The position numbers were made by a program, and so were the translations under genes. The notes beneath the pieces were generated by a model. The model saw only the letters and a list, made by a program, of their open reading frames with translations, was not told the origin of the DNA and did not search any database. DNA of 64,000 bases, from positions 179,552,001-179,616,000 of the forward strand of contig OZ024740.1 in the NCBI GenBank assembly GCA_964016885.1. The letters run 5' to 3'. Shown piece after piece: positions 21,943 to 36,399 of the stretch (the first letter of the stretch is position 1; the number at the start of each line of letters is the position of its first letter). This DNA comes from Eledone cirrhosa. Taxonomy: Eukaryota.

Positions 21943-22567
21943 GTGTGTGTGGGGGGGGGGCAGTATTTTGGTGATACTGGTAAAAATGGTGTACATTATT
22001 CGATATTTTCAGCAAAAACTATTCTCTCAAGAGAACATCAAACACATTAATAATAAAAGGTGTGAAATGATATATAGCATTGTCATAACACCAAGGTGTG
22101 TGTGAGTGTCCAGATTGTACGTACTGCAAGGGGAATCAATTAGGCCCTGCCGTATTGGAATACTTGTGTACAAATATGTATGTGCCCATCAGTGTGCAAT
22201 GCATGCGTGCGTATATGTATGTGTGTGTGTCGGCACGTTTATATCTATAGACATCAAAATGTATGCAAATTTGTGTATATTTGTGTTGCACCATAGAACA
22301 TGTGTGTTTACGTATGTCATTGTGTTTATATGTGGATAGAGATGTATGTAGGATCTATGCTGATGTAGGTATGTACGTTGACGTGTGTATGTTGTGGGTT
22401 CGTCTTAGGGAGAAGTGTTTAGACGGGGTTCGTATTTGTTAATAAAATGAGATTCCTTGCTGATGCGCTGAGTGTGGGGGCATTATCTTTAAATTTGTAG
22501 AGGGGAAAGATTCTAAAGTTGAGATGATTTTGGGCAGCACAGGTATCAATGTGTTCACTCAGTGGTA
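21108..22567 (-). repeat. PLE-1 pseudo-LTR
   Basis: Homologous to 29165-30755 and, inverted, to 31291-32870; begins with EN C-terminal codons and the stop near 22405. Confidence 0.85.
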
Positions 22568-22604
22568 TATATATATAAATGAAAAATGGCGAGCTCTGTT
22601 GCTG

Positions 22605-22760
22605 TGAAGAATTAGAAATATAAGTTAGGAATATCCGTCATCAGTTTTCTACTAGCCATCATAGGTATTTCTTCGCATTACATGTATTGCGAAGAAATAC
22701 CTATGATGGCTAGTAGAGAACTGATGACGGATATTCCTAACTTCTATTTCTAATTCTTCA
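22605..22760. repeat. Near-perfect 156-bp palindrome between (TA)n tracts
   Basis: TGAAGAATTAGAAATA...CGCATTACATGTATTGCG...TATTTCTAATTCTTCA; the arms contain CTGATGACGG. Confidence 0.9.
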
Positions 22761-22762
22761 TT

Positions 22763-22881
<119 letters not shown>

Positions 22882-23010
22882 AAATATATATATGGCGTTG
22901 TTATTTGGCGTTGTTGAAAAGAGCAGTGACCTTTGACCTGGCAATAAAACCTGGAGACAACATTTTTTCTGTACCGAATCCAAGGCACACTCACATAAGT
23001 TTGTGTCCGT

Positions 23011-23051
<41 letters not shown>

Positions 23052-25034
23052 TGTATGTGCGCGCATATGTGTGTGTGTGTGCGTGCGTGCGTGGTTATGT
23101 GTGTATGTGTGTATCTATTTATGTATATAAGGGATACAGATATTGCTTTCCCACTGTTACCAAGCTTCTCAATTCATTCGTTGCTACTAAGTATTTTATT
23201 TTTCTACGAGTTATTTTATTTTGCAAGGTACTATTTTCCCCCTGAGTTTGTGATGTCAGAGAAAGGTAAGAAATTCTTCATATTTTGCATCTTTTGTATT
23301 TTGACTTTACAGTTTGAATTGTAGAATTGTCTATCCACTCAAACAGCTAACAGTGAAATATAGAATTTAAAAAAAAAATTTTTTTCGACTGAGATCGAAT
23401 ATTTGAGAACATTCACGTCTATTTCTCAAAAATATATAATTTGAAATAGCTTGCTTTTTTTTTGGACTGAAAATTTTTTGTATTTAATTCGTACGTGTAT
23501 TTTTTAAAGATTCTAACATAACTTTATTTGGCCCAGCAATCTACTGATATCAAAATCAGTAGTATATTGAAAAATGGAAAAATAGGGTAGGGGTGCGTTT
23601 CGTGATTTCGAGGGGCAGAAGGGCTGAAATGGGTTGAGAACCGTTGATCTAGAGTACGTTAAGTTCGCAGATATTTTGGAAAGAACAAATTACACGCGTG
23701 ACTGTTTTCGTTTTAGTTTTTACAATTTCAATGTGGATTATCCAATAATTATCGTGACATTTCAGTCCAGTTGTGTCGAGGAAATTAGCTCCACTAGCGT
23801 TAATTCAATTCACTAAATCTCATCATTTAAAAACGTGTCTAGATCAGCAGAAATCAGCGACGTATAAATGTATAGGTTAACAATGTGTTATTTTCAGTGT
23901 TTGCTATGCTTTATTTGCAACCAAGAAATCAGTTCCCTGGTATTTTCTTCTGGAAGAAAATTATATCGTGAACTTCATCGACATTGTTATATATATAATT
24001 ATATGTCATTGACTGCTAAAGGAGCAGGAATTTAAATATACAAAAAAAACAAAAACATTAATACACTGATCATGGTGTAAAACAGTCGGACTCCTATGTC
24101 CTCACCGGATATACGATATTTGAAATTTCCTAGTAAGTTATATATTGTCTACAAGAGATTTACATTATCACTCCTGCTACAGAAATTCGCGCATATAAGT
24201 GGTTTCAAAAATAGATTAATATAGGTCCCCTTGATCTTCTTTCTGAATTGAATACATTTATCGTCACAGAACATCATTCATAATTTCCTACTTATTCGGA
24301 TGCTGTTAAACGACATCATAACAAGTGGTGTGTTAACTATTAAAAAAACAGTAAACGTAATAGATATTGTTTTCCATCTTCAGTAGTTAATCTAATATAA
24401 ACTTTTAACAATCCTTCCATTGTGGGCAACACAATACTTGCAGCATATTTGAATCAATATCAATTTTATGAAATAGAAGTAACACAGCTACCTTGGGGAA
24501 TTATTCTACCTGTTGAGTAGCTTTAAAATACTGATATGCAGTGAATGCGCTACAAATAAATACATGTAGAGGAGAAAATATTCTCACAGGTAAGATCGCC
24601 AGGCAATGTAATATGCAACAAGTAATAGTCTTGTACCTATACACACTTAAATAGCATAGACTATACTTGCCAAATATTTGAACGCAATATCCATTCTCTG
24701 GAAATCTAATAACTTAGACGTTTCTTCATATTATTTCCGTAAAAGCTGAGATGATTCTCATACAATCGTGCTCTATGATAAAGGTATTTGTAAAATCATC
24801 AGTAGCCGAGTTCATAAAGTGATGAAAATGAAGATTCAGATATTCAATTCTACCTTAAAATACATTTTTAAACGAATTTCAATAAAAAGTGAAAAGAATA
24901 TTGAATTATGAAATGAAATAAAACTAAATTTAACATTTTGAGAATTACCAGGTGACTAACTTTTCAATAATTTCAAAATGTACACGCAACCGCATACCTA
25001 CAAAACGAATATATACAAATTCACACAGGGGTAT

Positions 25035-25078
<44 letters not shown>

Positions 25079-26280
25079 ATATATCTACATGCATTCATAT
25101 GTGTATACACACAAACTTAAACACGCACATACACTCACCATATATATATATATAGATATATTCAGATTTTGAGATCATGTTTTACATCACAGTAGAAAAA
25201 TAAAAACGTTTTACACAAAATATATTTGAAATTTAAAACGTGCTTATGAACGCATTTAACTTTTTGAAGAAGCCTGATATTTCTGCAGTATTGACAATTG
25301 TACAATATACAACTGTTTCCATTCCCATCATTTTTTCCGTATCTTCATAAAGTTCGTTTTCTTAGGAATGGATTTCTAACTTGTGTTTATATTTTAAATT
25401 GTGATAGGTAAACACTTATTTGATAGGTGAATTAAATACAAGTAGGATTCATGAGTAGTATTATTTAGTTAGCTATATTGTTTAAACTAAAGAACCTCAT
25501 GAAATGATAGGCCATGTATTTCCATCAGTAGCTGTTACTTATTGGATATAATATAGAATTCGCAATTGTAATCTTTCGGTCCTTACACAAAATTGATGAT
25601 CTGACCAGAGGTAAGAGTCTAAACGAATACTGAATTGAAGATATTGAACGTGGCTTTTACACACACACGCGCACACACGGACACACACATGTACACCCAC
25701 ACACACACACACACACACATAGGCACACACACATGCACACACACGCACACACACACACATACACACACACCCACACACACAGACACACCCACCCACACAC
25801 ACACACACATATATATATATACTTGTAAGTGTGTGTGCGCGCGTGTGTGTATAACATATATTAAACTTAAGTCAAAATCACATTTTGCGGTGATATAAGT
25901 TAGATTGGTTAAAATAATTCGGTTTTTATTTCTATAATTCCCCGACCATGGTTTCTGGAACTCAAGAAACAACATCGGTAATCCCAAGACATTACAATAA
26001 CCAATGTTTGAAGAATTTCAGTTCCTTCTTCGGGAGGAGATGGTTTCTTAGGAATAAGGGAAGAATTTGAATGTATATCATACATACCATGTTGTAGCTA
26101 GACCGTATGGTGAACAATGTTTTGCATCACTGAATTACTGTATGAATATATCCCACTTAATGTAATAGTACAATACGACGGGCTTATATTGACGCTGGAA
26201 ATAGCAGTAAAAAACCGTCCAAATCATCTTAACAATGACGGAAAGTCAATATTGATTTTATTACTTATTTGAGTAGATGC

Positions 26281-26483
26281 GGGCGGTGGGTTGGCAGAAT
26301 CAGCAGAGTGGCAGACAATATGCTTTTCAGCATAGAGTTCCGGCTCTTTACAGTCTGAGTTCAAATCCCGCCATTCATCCTTACAGGGTCGATAAAATAA
26401 AGTACCAGTAATGCACTGGAGTCGATTTAACCGACTTTCCCCTCCCTCAAAATTGCTGACATTGTGCCAATATAAGAAATCAT
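26281..26483 (+). mobile_element. tRNA-derived Nin/Deu-domain SINE, near full length
   Basis: A-box-like TGGCAGAATCAG, B-box GAGTTCAAATCCC, TTCATCCTTACAGGGTCGATAAAATAAAGTACCAG, 3' AATTGCTGACATTGTGCC. Confidence 0.85.
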
Positions 26484-26920
26484 TACTTATCTGAGTAGAT
26501 AATTTGTTAATGTATGTTAACCATTCATTGAGGTGTTTATGTAGGTAACCTTACATATTATTCGATATACAAACCTATCATGAATGTAGGTATAAATTTT
26601 AAAAATAGTGTAAAAATAGTAAAAATAATAATAAATCCATTAACAAAATTAAATAAAATAGATAATTAAATAAAATAAATAATAACAAGAATAGAAGTTA
26701 TAAATAGATATAAAAATATATGAAATTATTAAGGTTTTTTAGGTTGTAAGAATGAAAAATATAATTATGAGATTATAAACTTATCAAAAACTGTATATTT
26801 TACCAGAATTTATACACATTATGTGATAAATTTATATATAAAAAATTATATTGTTTCATTGTATCTTCATTCTGTTATCCTGTGTTTGGTTACAACGTAA
26901 TCTTCTTACATAATTCTGCA

Positions 26921-27110
26921 AATAACTGTTTCTACTTTAGGCACAAGGCCAGCAATTACCCAGTGCATTATTGGTACTTTATGTTATCGACCCTGTAAGG
27001 ATGAAAGGCAAAGTCAACCTTGGCGGGATTTGAACTCAAATCGTAAAGGGAAGTAACTATGCTGGAAAGCATGGCGTCCGACCCTCTACCAATCTGCCAA
27101 TCCATCGCCC
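26921..27110 (-). mobile_element. tRNA-derived Nin/Deu-domain SINE (a further fragment lies at 27229-27316)
   Basis: Same consensus as 1-121 and 42190-42380. Confidence 0.85.
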
Positions 27111-27330
27111 TGGTGAAATCGGATGATAGGGTTCGGCCATCTAAATATGTATATTGCTTTCGAGGAAATAAAATTCTTTCGTAAATTGTTCAGTCCGCCT
27201 TCTGTTGTTGTCTCTCTTTATATATATAATTCTACTTTTGGCACAAGTCGAGCAATTATCCCAACGTATTACTGGCACTTTATTTTATCGATCCGTAAGG
27301 ATGAATGGCAAAGTAAATAAATATATATAT

Positions 27331-27844
27331 CAACTAGAAATATGTTGACATATATATATATCTAAAATAAACACATGAAACAATCACAGGAAATAATGTG
27401 TAAAGTGTGTAAGCACACACAGCTAGGTAGGTAACCAATTAAAGTCTAACTAGAACTTCAAATATAGATACGTTTTAAAATCATTAATCTTCCTTGTATA
27501 TATTTCACGAAAGAAATATATTTCACCATCAATCGGTAAATCACAGTAGTCAATTCTGTATTTACACAGCAAATGCAAATAACCCTGCGAATAACCCGTA
27601 GCACGTATTGCATTAACAAAAATGCACACATCGTACCAGCGTCATCCCAGTGGCGTGAATAAGATTATAGATAGCTAGAAATAGCAGCCGAGTCCTTTCA
27701 ATTGAGTTTGCTCTACAATTAAAGGGCCGTATATATATCCAAAATTAAATTAAGGGTGTCATGTCCGAGAGACATGCACCATATCCACTCAAAGATTCCA
27801 ATGAATAGATCCGACCATTTTATATCCACTAGAAATTGATTGAC

Positions 27845-27930
<86 letters not shown>

Positions 27931-28296
27931 AACATATGAAACAATCACAGGGAATAATATTTAAAGTGTGTAAGTAGACACAGCTAGGTAGGTAACCATT
28001 TAAAGGTTAACTAGAACTTCAAATATAGATACCTTTTAAAATGATTACATTTCCTAATATATATTTCATCAAATTAATATATTTCACTATCAATCACATT
28101 AGTCAAATTCCGGATTTTCAACAAGAGAGAAGATCTAATTATCTGTGTTTACACAGCAAATGCAAATCCGCGAAAGACGTGTTGAATTTTTCTTAAATAC
28201 ACACATCGTACCAGCGTCATCACTGTGGCGTGAATAGGATTATCGACAGCTAGAAATAGCAGCCGAGTCCTTTCAACTGAGTTAGCTCTACAATTA
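27331..28296 (-). mobile_element. Family D non-coding element, about two diverged tandem units
   Basis: ACTAGAAAT..CACAGCTAGGTAGGTAACC..GTGGCGTGAATA..GCTCTACAATT occurs twice (from 27333 and 27828); reverse-complement homolog of 8481-9258. Confidence 0.8.
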
Positions 28297-28370
<74 letters not shown>

Positions 28371-28390
28371 CTCGTATATATATATATAAA

Positions 28391-29076
28391 TTGATCATTC
28401 TTTTGTATCTTGCTAGATAGAAAAGAATCATCAATACTCCACCAACATGCTAAAATAGAACATAATGGAAAATTAGAGAACATAGAAATAAAAATAAAAT
28501 CTACACACTGAAAAGACGCAATGTTTAGACAAATCATAGAGGCAATAAACATAAATGAACTCCAACCAAAATTCAATAGAAAACATAAATAGAATTACAA
28601 CATCACAACTTACAATTAAGGACAAAATGAAAACACACACAGACATAGAACAAACAAACAACCAATAACATGTAAATAAACAAATAAATAAACAAATAAA
28701 AAGACACACAGACACCCGGATGTAACACATGCGCAAACTAAGCACACAACACACACACAAACAAGATGGCGTAGGACAGAACACAGGAGCGGCACAAAAC
28801 AAAGAAAAGAATCCCCAGTCACTGAAGAGGTCACATAATATGTGACGAAAGAACTTTGACAATATATGAACAACCGTCCGGTTGTGGAACCAACCAACCA
28901 ACCGGAAATTTATAAAAAAAATTTTATTTTTTTTATTTTTTTATTTATAATATATTGGAGTGAAAGCAACTGGGGCGTGTGTTTCTTATTGGCAACATGA
29001 CCGTTTCAAAGTATAACAATATCGGTTTCAACACACGTTTTCAGATAAAGAATCTTGCTAAACAAATTCAGAAGCG

Positions 29077-29079
<3 letters not shown>
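28391..29079 (+). mobile_element. PLE-2 3' fragment with 20-bp 5' inversion and hammerhead (28818-28860)
   Basis: Homologous to 7810-8468; TTGATCATTCTTTTGTATCT / AGATAGAAAAGAATCATCAA foldback at the 5' end; GTCA-CTGAAGAG-GTCACA..TGTGAC-GAAA-GAAC-TT-TGAC. Confidence 0.88.
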
Positions 29080-29118
<39 letters not shown>

Positions 29119-29125
<7 letters not shown>

Positions 29126-29791
29126 TAACCGACAAATATTGGTAACCGACAAATATTGGTAACCTGACAAATTGTTCACAGTGAAAAATAGTTTAATTAG
29201 GAATAAGTGAGAATTAGTAATAGTATTGGTTAGTATTCAGTTTTTGGTTTTAAGTTTTACCGGTTGCGCATTTCTAAAGCTTTTCAAAAATAATTTTCAG
29301 ATAGAGCGTCTGTGATGTTTGCTCTAATCTGATTAGTTTTGGAAATTCTACCTGTTTTTATGTTAAAAAAGTGGCTCCAGCGGTATTAAAATAAGTTTTG
29401 CGCCAATTCGTATTGCAAAAATTCTTGTGGTCAAAACAATTTTGATTGGTCGGTAGAGGTCATGTGAATGTTAAAAATTGATTTTGCGCCAAATGTAGGT
29501 TTGTGTCGGCTGATTGAGAAGTCACTGAAAAATAAGTCTTTCAAAACAAATATGTGTGTGTGGGTGTAGTAGTAGTAAAGGGGTTCGTTGTTGTGATAAT
29601 GGTCAGCAGGGATGTGTGTGCGAACCGCAGTCTGTTGACAGTTCAAATGCCTATTAAGGCAAGTGTGTGTGTGTGTGTGTAGCAGAGTAATTCGTGGTAG
29701 GGGGATAGTCAGTAGGAATGTGTCTGTAACTGTGTGGGGGATATATTAACATGTTAAAATATATTTTTCAGCTCTTGTCTTATACGGAGAA

Positions 29792-29857
<66 letters not shown>

Positions 29858-29925
29858 GTCTCTTTGTATGTTAATGTACGTGTGTGTATGTGTGTGTGTA
29901 TATATGTGCGTGTGTGCGCATACGC

Positions 29926-29957
<32 letters not shown>

Positions 29958-32231
29958 ACCAGCAATTATTTTTGTGGTACTGGTGAAATGGTGTACATTA
30001 TTCGATATTATCAGTAAAATCGATTCTCTCAATAGAACATCAAAAACCTTAATAATAAAAGGTATGAAATGATATATAGTATTGGCATAATACCAGGGTG
30101 TGTGTGAGTGTTTCCAGATTGTACGTACTGCAAGGGGAATCCATTAGGCCTTGCCGTATTGGAATACCTGTGTACAAATATGTATCTGGAGTGTGTCCTT
30201 AAAATTGTATACTTGTGTACAAATTGTATACTTGTGTACAAATTGTATACATGTATCTGGAGTGTGTCCAGAAATTGTATATTTGTGTACAAATATGTAT
30301 CTGGAGTGTGTCCAGATTGTACGTACTGCAAGAGGAATCTATTAGGCCTTGCCGTATTGGAATACTTGTGTACAAATATGTATGTGTCCATCAGTGTGCA
30401 ATGCATGTGTGCGTTTATGTATGTGTGTGTGTCGGCACGTTTATATCTAGAGACATCAAAAGGTATGCAAAGTTGTGTATATTTGTGTTGCACCATAGAA
30501 CATGTGTGTTTACGTATGTCATTGTGTTTATATGTGGGTAGAGATGTATGCTGATGTAGGTATGTATGTTGACGTGTGTATGTTGTGGGTTCGTCTTAGG
30601 GAGAAGTGTTTAGACGGGGTCCGTATTTGTTAATAAAGTAAGATTCCTTGCTGATGCGCTGGGTGTGGGTGGCATTATCTTTAAATTTGTAGAGGGGAAA
30701 TATTCTAAAGTTGGGATGATTTGGGGCGGCACAGGTATCAATGTGTTCAGTCAGTGGTATTTTCCTGTATTCCCGTATTTTAATTTGGGATCTATGGACA
30801 GTCATGCGTTGGTGGAGGCTGTCTTTGGTCTGGCCTATGTATTGTTCTCGACAGCCTGAGCAAGTTAATATATATATTAGATTTTCTGATGCGTATGTGA
30901 AATTGTGTTTTACTATAAAACGTTGTCCTTCTTTGAAATAGAATTCCGAACCCTCTATTAGGTTGATGCATATGCCACAGTTGGGTCTATCGCATTTTTT
31001 TTACCGTGGATTTCGTTGTTGTGGTTGGCAGTACTTTGGCATGTGTTAGGATGTTTTTCATTGACTTAGATTGTCTTTTGCACTCTATGATATCGTGTGT
31101 TCGAAGGATTTGGTTCATTCTATGGTCCTTTTTAAACACAGGGATGTTCTGGAGGATGGTGTCAAAGCCTCATTGTTGAGGGGGTTGTGTGTGGAGTTGT
31201 ATGGAAGAGCTTTAAGTTTCGGTTGATTTACATGAGGGTGTCTAAGGTCCTGGGTACTGAGTTTTAGGGCACGTTGGATTCCATTGTCAATTTAAAGATA
31301 ATGCCACCCACACCCAGCGCATCAGCAAGGAATCTTACTTTACTAACAAATACGAACCCCGTCTAAACACTTCTCACTAAGACGAACCCACAACATACAC
31401 ACGTTAACATACATACCTACATCAGCATATATTTCTACCCACATATAAACACAATGACATACGTAAACACACATGTTCTATGGTGCAACACAAATATACA
31501 CAAATTTGCATACCTTTTGATGTCTCTAGATATAAACGTGCCGACACACACACATACATAAACGCACACATGCATTGCACACTGATGAGCACGTACATAT
31601 TTGTACACAAGTATTCCAATACGGCAAGGCCTAATGGATTCCTCTTGCAGCACGTACAATCTGGACACACTCCAGATACATGTATACAATTTGTACACAA
31701 GTATACAATTTCTGGACACACTCCAGATACATATTTGTACACAGGTATTCCAATACGGCAAGGCCTAATGGATTCCCCTTGCAGTATGTACAATCTGGAA
31801 ACACTCACACACACCTTGGTATTATGCCAATACTATATATCATTTCACACCTTTTATTATTAAGGTTTTTAATGTTCTATTGAGAGAATCGATTTTACTG
31901 AAAATATCGAATAATGTACACCATTTTAACCAGTACCACAAAAATAATTAATGGTCCACCCACACACACACACACACATTCTCACACACACACACACGCG
32001 CGTGTATACACACACACGCACATATATACACACACACATACACACGCGTACATTAACATACAAAGAGACATACACACACACACACACACGCACACACATT
32101 TCCGTATAAGACAAGAGCTGAAAAATATCTTTTAAGATTTTAAAATATCCCCCACACACTTACAGACACATTCCTACTGACCATCCCTCTACCACGAATT
32201 ACTCTGCTACACACATACACACACACACGCG

Positions 32232-32298
<67 letters not shown>

Positions 32299-32870
32299 AC
32301 ACACACACACACTTGTCTTAATAGGCATTTGAACTGTCAACAGGCTGCGGTTCGCACACACATCCCTGCTGACCATTATCACAACAACGAACCTCTTTAC
32401 TACTACTACACACACACACACACATATTTGTTTTGAAAGACTTATTTTTCAGTGACTTCTCAATCAGCCGACACAAACCTACATTTGGCGTAAAATCAAT
32501 TTTTAACATTCACATGACCTCTACCGACCAATCAAAATTGTTTTGACCACAAGAATTTTTGCAATACGAATTGGCGCAAAACTTATTTTAATACCGCTGG
32601 AGCCACATTTTTAACATAAAAACAGGTAGAATTTCCAAAACTAATCAGATTAGAGCAAATATCACGGACGCTCTATCTCAAAATTATGTTTGAAAAGCAT
32701 TAGAAATGCGCAACCGGTAAAACTTAAAACCAAAAACTGAATACTAACCAATACTATTACTAATTCTCACTTATTCCTAATTAAACTATTTTTCACTGTG
32801 AACAATCAGCATTTTCTTTTCCGTTTACCAATATATCATAACTTGTGTCTTACACTTCTATTCTTTTAAA
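29119..32870. mobile_element. 5'-truncated PLE-1 (29119-31290, minus) with inverted 3' copy (31291-32870, plus)
   Basis: EN ORF 30596-30805 on minus; about 1.5 kb arms (29165-30690 vs 31291-32810); (TA)n at both outer ends. Confidence 0.9.
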
Positions 32871-32945
32871 TATATATATATATATATATATATATACTTA
32901 TACACACACACAGACACACACATATGTGTGTTCTTCTGTGTGCGC

Positions 32946-33049
<104 letters not shown>

Positions 33050-34892
33050 CTGTTAGTACGATCTGTGTGTCTATGTGTGAGTTACTGTTTCAATACTAAA
33101 CAACATTATAGTTCAAAGAAGTATAGTGTCGTTAGCTGCAAAATGTTCTATTGTTTTCAACGTTAATACGTTCATACCTTCTTCAGTAACAGATTGAAAC
33201 ATCTTAAACCACTGAAGGAAATAAAGAAAAACGTATGTTTTAATACATTCAGTAGATATTATGTGAGCATTTGTGTGTGAGTATGTCTTCTTCTGTATGT
33301 ATGTGTGAGTGTATGTTTCTGAACATTCAAACTAACTTCTATTGTACTGACGTAATATGTAACATTTCTGTTGACATATTAAAAATGATTAACCGTTGCA
33401 TATATAAAATGCTTGCCACATCATCGAACGTATACAAATGGCAAATGCCTTGCCAGTTGTTTAATTTCGTTCAAGGAATGTCTAACATTATGCTGCTGTT
33501 AAAAAAGTATATACGTACATATTTCTTAAAATTTAATATTCGTCATTCTTTGACACGCTCCTGTGTGAGGTGTTTTAGTGACTTTCACCAAAAACTCTAA
33601 ATGTATATAGATGAATAACATTTCTAAGTTTTACATAAAACTTAAATGCATGTTTCCGAATTCTATAAAATCATACAAAATTCATTACGCCTTATCCAAA
33701 AGATGTTAAAAGGAACGTAAAAACACTCTCTAATGTATAGATTAATAAGTTCCCGTAAATACTTCGCTTTATTTAATGAGCACGCGCACATCTCCATCAT
33801 CGCTGGCATTGTTCAATTTTAAACACAATATATAGAATTAATATAAAACAAAGCACATGTAATAAAAAAAACGGCCACATATCAATGAGCAAAGCAAACA
33901 ACTAATCTGGATGATATCAGTCGTGATCAATCCGGCGTGGGATGGGGTCAGTTAGGCTTGAATTTTCGTATGATACGCCGCAAATCAGGGCCCCATGACC
34001 TTGGAAAGTTAAAGACAATTTAAAGTGAATTATAATCCGCTAAACGCACCAACGCTGTTTGGTGACGTTGCTAATTTATGAGCATCCTGTCGGCTGAAAA
34101 ATAAGACCCATCAAATGGTGGATCAACTCAAGTCATATAAATATATATATATATACGAAGGTGCGTGTGGCATGTGTATGTGTGTATATTTGCAATAATT
34201 CATAATACAATAATTCATAATCCATTCATTTGGAAATCTATTTAAAATAGTTTCGTGAAAGTATATTTATATATGAAATAATGAATGAACGCGAAGCCTG
34301 GAAGCAAATGTAAGATGTAATCTCAATTTGGGAGTCAAAAATTAATGTGTACTGAAAACGTACGTGATAAGTATAGATTGTTATAACAGCAAATTCTGTG
34401 AGAAAAACATAGCTTAAAACACTTTCATCACTATGATGTATAATAAAAAGTAGAAACTGCGAGAAGCAATATGAGAGGAAATATATTTCTTGTATTTACT
34501 TCAATGATACTAATTGAAGATGGTTAAAAGGCCTATGAAATTAAGTAGAAAATAAAAGGTATATGGTAAAAATAAACTGATACCGAATAAAGAAAATCAT
34601 CGAATTCAGTTTCTAATTAAAAATATGGTTTCTGATTTCGGCATTGATTAAACCAGGATGGTAAAACCTTACCAATGGCATATCACCATAACAGCATAAT
34701 TACTATACGTAATTGTATGAGAATCTGATGATGTCACATGAGGCCTAATAAACATTGCATGATTACTAACCATCGTGACATTGAAATATATATTATACAA
34801 TAAAACAATTATGTAAACGTAACTGTTTTAACACTATTTCGTAAATGGAAACTGTCACACGCAATCGCCACCATACTGTTGAATATATATAT

Positions 34893-34947
<55 letters not shown>

Positions 34948-36399
34948 TATATATATATATTATTTATGTAATTACTCTCTCGGCTGTGTCCATAAATCCT
35001 TTTAATAACATTATTCAAATGTTCGTGCTTAGCAAATAAACATTTTGTGAATGTCTGTTGCGTTCCTTTTTTTTGTTTTAATGTATTTTAAGTTGTATAT
35101 TATATATAATGTTTTAATTATGTTCACAATCTACGTTTAAATAACCTTTGCGGAACAACTTAAGTGCCATTATTATACAATGTATAGCGATAAAGATGAC
35201 GTTTCGATTTTAAAAAACTAATTCCTGAATCTTTAATAATAGCTGGATTGTAATGCTTATTTCAATGAACGAAAGCTTTCGTAAACATCTTGAAAACCTT
35301 GTATAGGCCAAAACTAAGGCTTCTTTTATTTTAATTGTATCATTTATATTTAATAGATATATATTTTTGAAGTCTAAAAACGTCTAAATTTCGTTATTTG
35401 AGAATGTCATTAGTTTAAAATTGATATTCATATTTGGTAAGCTCCACAGTATGATACATTTTCAGGACAATTACGACAATATCCAGAAACATGAAATAGA
35501 GGTTTCGGTGAAAAACACATAAAATAAAGATTGAAACCTACCACTGTGCAAATCAACACGGAAATAGGGAACAGAATATAAGGGAAATTCTCATTGTATG
35601 TGGTAGATGAAACGATAATGTTAAATTTTGTAAACAAGTTAAAAAAATCTATACACATATCTGATACATATCTGGCTAAATATGGATATTTATGGTTTAA
35701 AAACATATATTTTCGAGGAATTACGACCCTGTATATTTAGAGTTAGATATATGATAGTTACAAATATTTAATTTGAAATTAGTGATGTATTTCATGATTT
35801 CATGATCACATTAAATCTATGATGCGCCATGTGAAGAAATCGTTTCTTAGTGACTGGTTAACTAATGATACTATTATGATATTATCAGATGATGTGACAG
35901 CTGTTTCTATCCGAGTAGTAATACATGACATTAAATATAAATAATACGACTGTATCCACCTGGTGTCTCTCTTTTTCTCTATCGATCCACGAGTACAAAT
36001 GTATTGGGAATAGACACATTCGTCCGTCACCAGGCATACATTAATTAGTCTAATCAGAACAGTTACATAGTGAGAGCGCTCCACAACTAATCAGGGCTAG
36101 GTGAAGTCAATATACCGACTGGGCCTGCTTTGTTGGGCTCTACAAGAGTCAGCAGCAACACACACAACCACATGCTGCTACCACCAAGAATTTTTAAAAA
36201 ATGAATCCAATGAAGGAAATTATATTATAGTTATGGTATTTCACACGGAACCTTATAGATATAACACAGATAAGTATAGAGACCAAGTGAAAACAATAGA
36301 CAACATATAATCTAATAAGAAGGTTAAAGAAAAAAGAAAAAAAAGGACATGAAAAAGAAAGTTGAATGGTAAATGTAGAAAAGAATCATTGAAATAATT

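Larger units (their letters stand above)
17529..22567 (-). mobile_element. Degraded full-length Penelope-like element PLE-1 (Neptune-like, C-terminal GIY-YIG) with upstream pseudo-LTR
   Basis: RT motifs and EN present; 21108-22567 is a tandem copy of the EN C-terminus and 3' UTR placed upstream (pLTR architecture). Confidence 0.93.

Noticed and set aside
23585-23652. GGGTTGAGAACCGTTGATCTAG, a hAT/Charlie-like terminus
   Set aside because: No matching opposite end could be located by eye.
26281-26372. Standalone tRNA gene
   Set aside because: The A/B boxes belong to a SINE head; no complete cloverleaf.
29119-30385. Short regular repeats as a CRISPR-like array
   Set aside because: No unique spacers and no cas genes; eukaryotic TE context.
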